Source: a virus (Duplodnaviria > Heunggongvirae > Uroviricota > Caudoviricetes). Taken from it: a DNA stretch of 20,409 bases. Under the pieces are notes generated by a model, which was not told where the DNA came from, ran no database searches, and saw nothing but the letters and a program-made list of their open reading frames with translations. The translations under genes and the position numbers were made by a program. Shown piece by piece: positions 15,620 to 20,409 of the stretch (position 1 is its first letter; each line of letters begins with the position of its first letter). The DNA lies in the IMG/VR virus record IMGVR_UViG_2795385649_000011. The stretch is one strand, 5' to 3'.

Positions 15620-15806
15620 TTCGGAAGCCCCACTGACTCCCGTCGAGCGGCTGACCATCGCCGCTGTCTATGCCCGTCTCACATCTAAAGATGTGTTACA
15701 CCCACGACAACACCCTGAGGACGGGCTGAATCGGCAGGTGGCGCGGTCTCACATCCTGGTGTCACATCCGAAGTCGCGCAACCCGTCTCACGGAGGTGCC
15801 GAATGA
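15612..15806 (+). CDS. Possible small ORF (64 aa) overlapping putative recombinase sites
   Basis: ATG 15612 overlaps previous stop and TGA overlaps recombinase ATG, but the region is dense in repeats so coding is uncertain. Confidence 0.35.
   Translation: MSDSEAPLTPVERLTIAAVYARLTSKDVLHPRQHPEDGLNRQVARSHILVSHPKSRNPSHGGAE
15673..15793. repeat. Putative res/inversion site: palindrome CACATCT-AA-AGATGTG plus GTCTCAC-type repeats
   Basis: Palindrome 15680-15695; CCCGTCTCACATC 15673-15685; GTCTCACATCC 15746-15756; GTCACATCC 15761-15769; AACCCGTCTCACGG 15780-15793; immediately upstream of serine recombinase. Confidence 0.55.
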
Positions 15807-16366
15807 GCACAGCGGTGTACCTCCGAGTTTCAACGGGTCACCAGTCGGTCGAGCAGCAGCGTGACACTTTGCGGTCGGCGGGGGTGCGGGCTGACCGCGA
15901 GTTCTGTGACGTGGCATCGGGTCGTGCTGGGAGCGAGCGCCCTGGCTGGTCGGAGTGCCTGGCGTGGCTACGCGAGGGCGACACCCTCGTCGTCGCGGCG
16001 GTAGACAGAATCGGACGTAGTGTGCGCGAAGTGGCCAGTGCCCTAGCCGATTTGACCGAGCGGGGCATCGCGCTGCGGAGCCTGCGGGAGGGTGTGGACA
16101 CCAGCACGCCGACTGGGCGAGCTGTTGTGCAAATCATGTCGTCCATCGCTGAGTTGGAATTGGAACTGGGCAAGGAGCGTCGTCAGTCCAGTAGGGAGGC
16201 GCGGGTGTCTCGGGGCTTGCCCGCCACTCGACCGCCGAAACTCGATGGAGTACAACAGGAACGCCTAATTCGGCTCTACCAGGGTGGTGAGCCCGTGAGT
16301 GAGTTGTGCGGGATGTTCTCGGTGTCTCGTGCCACGGTGTTTCGGTATGTGAAGCAGGCGGGGTAG
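15803..16366 (+). CDS. Small serine recombinase (resolvase/invertase family)
   Basis: VYLRVST catalytic Ser motif, REGDTLVVAAVDRIGRS, C-terminal HTH VSELCGMFSVSRATVFRY; RBS GGAGG. Confidence 0.93.
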   Translation: MSTAVYLRVSTGHQSVEQQRDTLRSAGVRADREFCDVASGRAGSERPGWSECLAWLREGDTLVVAAVDRIGRSVREVASALADLTERGIALRSLREGVDTSTPTGRAVVQIMSSIAELELELGKERRQSSREARVSRGLPATRPPKLDGVQQERLIRLYQGGEPVSELCGMFSVSRATVFRYVKQAG

Positions 16367-16551
16367 CCCGCGTGCGCGCAGATCAGCCCGTTCCGCGCGA
16401 GGTGTGCGTCGAGCCGAGGGCTCGGCGTGCAGCGAGCAGAGCGGTGGTGCTGGGAGAGTGCGGAGACGGGAGAAACCCGTCACAGGATGGCCTCAAAACC
16501 CGTCACGGTCGGGATGAGTTTCCGGACGAATATGACCGGAAACGGTGACTT

Positions 16552-16920
16552 ATGGACGAGCTGATTTCCCGCATCGACGCGGTGCTTGATGAGCCCGATG
16601 ACGAGGGCACGGACGATTGGCAGTACCCGTGGACGGACTCGATGCGGTGGGCACCGACCGACACCGAGCTTCCGAGCGGCGTTTGGGACGATCAGCCCGA
16701 GGGGGAGCTGGACTCTGGTTGGGACTACCACCCCGACACCCAAGTCCACGTGATCCCCGTCCAGCAGGTGGCCGAGTGGCTGAGGTGTTTGGAGACCATG
16801 CCACGGGTCGAGCGCGAGGATGTGCAGTGGTTCGTGGTGTGTCATCGACACAAGACGGTGGGTGAGCGCGAGGTGTCGTGTGGGTGCGGAAATCCCAGTA
16901 TCCCCAGCATTTCCCGGTAA
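16552..16920 (+). CDS. Acidic hypothetical protein (122 aa)
   Basis: Asp/Glu/Trp-rich N-half, Cys/His at C-terminus; co-oriented with methylase. Confidence 0.6.
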   Translation: MDELISRIDAVLDEPDDEGTDDWQYPWTDSMRWAPTDTELPSGVWDDQPEGELDSGWDYHPDTQVHVIPVQQVAEWLRCLETMPRVEREDVQWFVVCHRHKTVGEREVSCGCGNPSIPSISR

Positions 16921-16931
16921 CATCGGGCTCC

Positions 16932-17930
16932 ATGGCGAAGTCTCCCGTGCCCTATTTCGGCGGAAAGAGCTGGCTGGCCGAGCGGCTGGCTTCGGTGTTA
17001 CCCCCACATCGACACTACGTCGAGGTGTGCGGTGGGAGTCTGGCTGTCCTGCTGGCGAAGCGGCCCTCGCGCCAAGAGACCGTCAACGATTTGGATAACC
17101 ACCTGATGACTTTCTGGAGGGTGTTGCGGGACCGTCCCGACGACTTGGAACGGGTGTGCTCTCTGACCCCGCACAGTCGGGCTGAAAGAACACTGGCGCA
17201 AGAGATTTCGAGTGAACTGGGCGAGTTGGAGATTGCGCGGCGGGTGTTCGTGGCGCTAACCCAAGGGAGGTCGGGCTCTCTCACGCGCACGGGGTGGCGG
17301 CACGATTTGCGACCTGTGAGCACCCCGATGCCTGTCGTGTTGCAACGATACGCGGGACGAATTGGTGCTGCTGCCAAGCGGATTCGTGGTGTCAGTCTTG
17401 AGTGTAGGCCAGCTGTCGAACTGGTCGAGGCATACGGAGGGGTGCGAGAGAACCTGCTCTATGTGGACCCGCCGTACATCGTAGACAAGGGCATCAGGAG
17501 GGGCGGGGAGTACCGCGTGGAGATGCGGAGTGTGGGGGCTCACCAGGAACTCGCGGAGGCGTGCCTGCGAGCGGACGCGGCGGTGGCGGTGTCGGGATAC
17601 GCCTCGGAGTTGTGGGACGGGATGCTCGACGGGTGGTACCGGTACGAGATTCCGATGCTGACGAGCCAGGGCTCGGGCGACGGCCGGCGGACGGAAATTG
17701 TGTGGAGTAATAGGCCGCTGGAGGGGCTGCACGAGGTCGCTATTTCGTCAATTGATGGGGGTGGAATTGACGAAATGAGCGTGCGGTGTCCTGGCTGTTT
17801 GGCGGTGTTGCGACAACCGAAACGGGGACGGCGAAAGGTCTGGTGCTCGGCGTCCTGCCGCACGCGCGGGTGGCAGGTGCGGCGTGATGCCGAGGAAGAG
17901 TCGGTCGAGGACGACGAGGTTGCAGGATGA
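16932..17930 (+). CDS. Dam-type (alpha class) N6-adenine DNA methyltransferase with C-terminal Cys4 zinc-finger extension (332 aa; start ATG 16932)
   Basis: PYFGGKSWLA, YVEVCGGSLAVL (SAM-binding), NDLD, DPPY catalytic motif, EIVWSN; tail CPGC...WCSASC. Confidence 0.9.
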   Translation: MAKSPVPYFGGKSWLAERLASVLPPHRHYVEVCGGSLAVLLAKRPSRQETVNDLDNHLMTFWRVLRDRPDDLERVCSLTPHSRAERTLAQEISSELGELEIARRVFVALTQGRSGSLTRTGWRHDLRPVSTPMPVVLQRYAGRIGAAAKRIRGVSLECRPAVELVEAYGGVRENLLYVDPPYIVDKGIRRGGEYRVEMRSVGAHQELAEACLRADAAVAVSGYASELWDGMLDGWYRYEIPMLTSQGSGDGRRTEIVWSNRPLEGLHEVAISSIDGGGIDEMSVRCPGCLAVLRQPKRGRRKVWCSASCRTRGWQVRRDAEEESVEDDEVAG

Positions 17931-17939
17931 AGCTGCGGG

Positions 17940-18584
17940 TCAGCCTGCCACGTACCAGTGGTCACCGATGACCGAGCGCAACAGCGCCATGTGGACGTGA
18001 ATCTGGAACAGGTGAGTGGCCTCCACAATGGCAGCACCGCCGATTCGCAGGCCAGGAGCGAAGCCATACAACTCATCGAACTGCAAAGCGCCAAGATGCT
18101 CGTACACGCGGTCGAACATCGGCTCTTCCTCGCGGTCTAGGAAATCAAACTGCTTCTTCTCTGTTCCCGTGAAGAATGCTTTGAGTGTCCATTCGAGGTC
18201 TTCCTTGGAGGACTCAGTCACCGTGCGGAAGAAAACGGAGCCACGGACGGGCTCGACAACTAGCGACACCCCGTAGCCTGGTGTCCAGAACCAGACCTTC
18301 CCAAAGGCGCTCCGAACAAACGGAATGTATTGGGCGTCGTCTCCTAGGCGGGGGTGCTTGATGGTGTCGAGCAGGATTTCTTCGGTGGTGACTTTCCACT
18401 CGATGGGGTCAACGAGCCAGATCAGCCCGTTGCCGAACCCAGAGAAGCCGAACTCCTGCCAATAGGAGATGAGGCAGTTTGGGACGAGCCCGGTATAGCG
18501 GCGCACGTGCTCGTCGGTGCATTGGGGGCCTGGGATGGTGAGTGGAAACTTGGTGAGGAAGTAATCGAAGTCTTCGTCGGACAT
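17940..18584 (-). CDS. Second GAD-like + DUF1851 immunity protein
   Basis: Colinear with 5083-5730 protein (VPNCLISYWQEFGFSGFG, SAFGKVWFWTPGYG, LGALQFDELYGFAPGL, EATHLFQIHVHMA, WYVAG). Confidence 0.87.
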   Translation of the reverse strand: MSDEDFDYFLTKFPLTIPGPQCTDEHVRRYTGLVPNCLISYWQEFGFSGFGNGLIWLVDPIEWKVTTEEILLDTIKHPRLGDDAQYIPFVRSAFGKVWFWTPGYGVSLVVEPVRGSVFFRTVTESSKEDLEWTLKAFFTGTEKKQFDFLDREEEPMFDRVYEHLGALQFDELYGFAPGLRIGGAAIVEATHLFQIHVHMALLRSVIGDHWYVAG

Positions 18585-18585
18585 G

Positions 18586-20409
18586 TCACTCCCCTCCTGT
18601 GATCCTGATGTTCACAATGGCGTTCGGGTCTTGAGTCTCTAGCCAGGCACGAACGGCGTCTTTCTGCTGCTTGGTGAGCGTACCGAGTGCGTTGTTGACC
18701 TGCCAATCACCGTAGGTGAGAGGATCTTTGTAGCCGCCCAACGCACCGTCAGGGTTGTGCGTCGCAGGCTGTGGGATGAGACCACCTGGACCCGAGGGGA
18801 ACTGCTCGTTCGCGTACTGCATTGCGAGTCTTTGGGCTTCTTCTGGTCCATATCCAGCTTGGCGAAGCTCCTTGATGCCGATGTTCTGCAACTCCGAACG
18901 AAACTCATCTCTTAGCTCGGTGCTCGGCGGGCGGGGCGTGTCCATGTGGTCGAGGACTTGTTGGACGCTTTGGGTGTTGAATCCGTGTTCCCAGAGCCCT
19001 GTCTGGCGGTCGATTTCGGCGCTGTGCTCGGGGCCGAGCTTGTCGGTGTAGGGCGGATGGTGGATGTCGTACTGGGGTGTGCGGGGCAGTTCGTCAACAG
19101 ACACTCCGTGGTGGGTGGCGAGGTCTTGGAGATTCTGTTCGCCTCTGTCCCAGTCCATCTGGTCGCGGAGGGCGCGGTGCGAGTCACGGGCCTCGTGAAG
19201 GATGTCGTCGGCGCTGCGTAGTGGCGCGCCGTGGTCGCCGCCGAGTCCGTTGGGGTGATGATCACCGCCGACTGGGCTGTGGTCACCGCTGGTCGGGGTG
19301 CCACCTCCTGCGCCGTCGCCCCGTGGATGGTGCTCTGTGACGGCTGGCGGCGATGTTGGATTGTGTTCAACGGGCGTGTGTTCAACGGGCTGCGGCGTGT
19401 GTGGTGTCGCGAGGGTCTCCGCGCGCGGCGCTGACGGTGTGTCGGCTCGTGGAGCTGGTTCCTCGACATGGGGTGCGGCAGGAGTCTCAGGGTGAGGCAC
19501 CGCTGGCGGTTCGGCGTGCGATACCGCTGGTTCCTCGACATGTGGTGCTGTGGGAGTCTCAGCGCGCGGTGCGGCTGGTGTGTCGGCGTGCGGGACTGAG
19601 GGTGTCTCGACATGTGGTGCGGCGGGAACCTCGGCGTGCGGTGCCGAGGGTGTCTCGATGTGGGGTGCTGCTGGTGACTCGGCGTGTAGGGCGTCGTTGA
19701 GGAAACCTTTGACGGTGTTGTGCAGTGTGTTGTCGAGGGTGGGGACGCCTTCGTGCAGGGCCGCTCGCCCCTCGGCCCCAAGCGCGCCCTCGACCACCCC
19801 GCGTTCCAGGAAGCGCCCAGCGCCACCCGTGGCGATTGCCGCCGTGGCTTCGGCGCTTTTGGCCTGCAAATCGAACAGTCCCGCTCCGGCCAACGAGGCC
19901 GCTGAGCCGCCGTGCGTTTTGGCGTACTCGGCCTTGTTGTAGGCGTCGATGGTTTGGTCGAGTGCCGAGGGGACGTGTCCGGGGTTGCCTGTGGCTTCGT
20001 CAAGCGCGTCTTTGGCTAGGCCGATTCCCGTGTCGATCCAGGCGTCCTTAGCCTTCTCGGCCCCGTGCAAACCGATCAGGTCGCCCGCATGTTCCACGAT
20101 GCCTTCGGCCTTCTGCTTCGCCGCATCAACCCAGCCGTCCAGGAATCCCTTCGACTGCGGCGCGGGCTGATCGGCAGGTTTCGCGTCTGGTTTGCGATTG
20201 GCGTCCAGGATGCCGGTGATACTGCCCAGTGAGCCCAGGGTCTTCGGGTCAACGACGGGCTTCTGCTCAGGCACCGCAGGCCCGTACTTGGGTGCGTTCG
20301 GATCGGCGGGGGCGGTCGCGGCTGCGGCTTCGGTGCTGGCCGGGGTGTGGCTCTTGGGGTACCAGTCCTTGTAGAAGTTGGCATCTGGTGGTGGGGGTGC
20401 GTCTTTGGG
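18586..20409 (-). CDS. Second polymorphic toxin with Ntox15/Tde-like C-terminal domain (5' truncated by window edge)
   Basis: Frame is open to the window end (PKDAPPPPDANFYKDWYPK... aligns with toxin 1 PKPGDPTATTIDYKKQYPK); HNPD at 18748-18759; GDWQVNNALG. Confidence 0.87.
   Translation of the reverse strand, partial: PKDAPPPPDANFYKDWYPKSHTPASTEAAAATAPADPNAPKYGPAVPEQKPVVDPKTLGSLGSITGILDANRKPDAKPADQPAPQSKGFLDGWVDAAKQKAEGIVEHAGDLIGLHGAEKAKDAWIDTGIGLAKDALDEATGNPGHVPSALDQTIDAYNKAEYAKTHGGSAASLAGAGLFDLQAKSAEATAAIATGGAGRFLERGVVEGALGAEGRAALHEGVPTLDNTLHNTVKGFLNDALHAESPAAPHIETPSAPHAEVPAAPHVETPSVPHADTPAAPRAETPTAPHVEEPAVSHAEPPAVPHPETPAAPHVEEPAPRADTPSAPRAETLATPHTPQPVEHTPVEHNPTSPPAVTEHHPRGDGAGGGTPTSGDHSPVGGDHHPNGLGGDHGAPLRSADDILHEARDSHRALRDQMDWDRGEQNLQDLATHHGVSVDELPRTPQYDIHHPPYTDKLGPEHSAEIDRQTGLWEHGFNTQSVQQVLDHMDTPRPPSTELRDEFRSELQNIGIKELRQAGYGPEEAQRLAMQYANEQFPSGPGGLIPQPATHNPDGALGGYKDPLTYGDWQVNNALGTLTKQQKDAVRAWLETQDPNAIVNIRITGGE
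19408..19668 (-). repeat. Degenerate 24-bp tandem repeat encoding ~11 copies of an (A/V)P(H/R)xE(T/E)Px octapeptide
   Basis: APHIETPS, APHAEVPA, APHVETPS, VPHADTPA, APRAETPT, APHVEEPA, VSHAEPPA, VPHPETPA, APHVEEP, APRADTPS, APRAETLA. Confidence 0.85.

Larger units (their letters stand above)
12228..20409. mobile_element. Compact integrative element (satellite-like or defective prophage) with int/repressor/xis module and second toxin cassette; right end outside window
   Basis: Integrase 3' end 20 bp from att core; divergent repressor/xis switch; no capsid, tail, replication or RecET-type genes recognisable before the toxin cassette. Confidence 0.6.

Noticed and set aside
19408-19668. CRISPR array
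   Set aside because: Repeats are contiguous, degenerate, in-frame coding units with no unique spacers and no cas genes
18912-20003. 363-aa alternative-frame ORF inside toxin 2
   Set aside because: Same-strand frameshifted reading of the repeat-rich linker; no start signals

Overview
High-GC actinobacterial (mycobacteria-like) mobile DNA. The left part (1-~12273) is the late/accessory end of a temperate phage: minor tail genes, then a lysis cassette (lysin A amidase, lysin B cutinase-like esterase, holin, membrane protein) and a terminator. An accessory block follows: a small HTH gene, a reverse-strand type VII (WXG100) polymorphic toxin cassette (lipoprotein, WXG100-like partner, Ntox15/Tde-like HxxD DNase toxin, GAD-like/DUF1851 immunity), two promoter-bearing genes including a DUF932-like protein, and a Xer-like tyrosine recombinase. 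A tRNA 3'-half (att core) at ~12228-12273 is followed directly by a compact integrative module: tyrosine integrase, XRE repressor, divergent excisionase-like HTH, small ORFs, serine recombinase and Dam-type methylase. That module ends in a second, paralogous toxin/immunity pair that runs off the window. The most notable unexplained signals are: (i) a GTATAG-N4-CTATAC palindrome lying in three promoters on both sides of the first toxin cassette; (ii) the apparent tandem integration of a toxin-carrying mini-element at the same tRNA site as the prophage; (iii) two diverged copies of the same toxin/immunity system ~10 kb apart; (iv) a shared C-terminal PRLRVV motif in two unrelated proteins. All family assignments come from motif recognition by eye, not from database searches.
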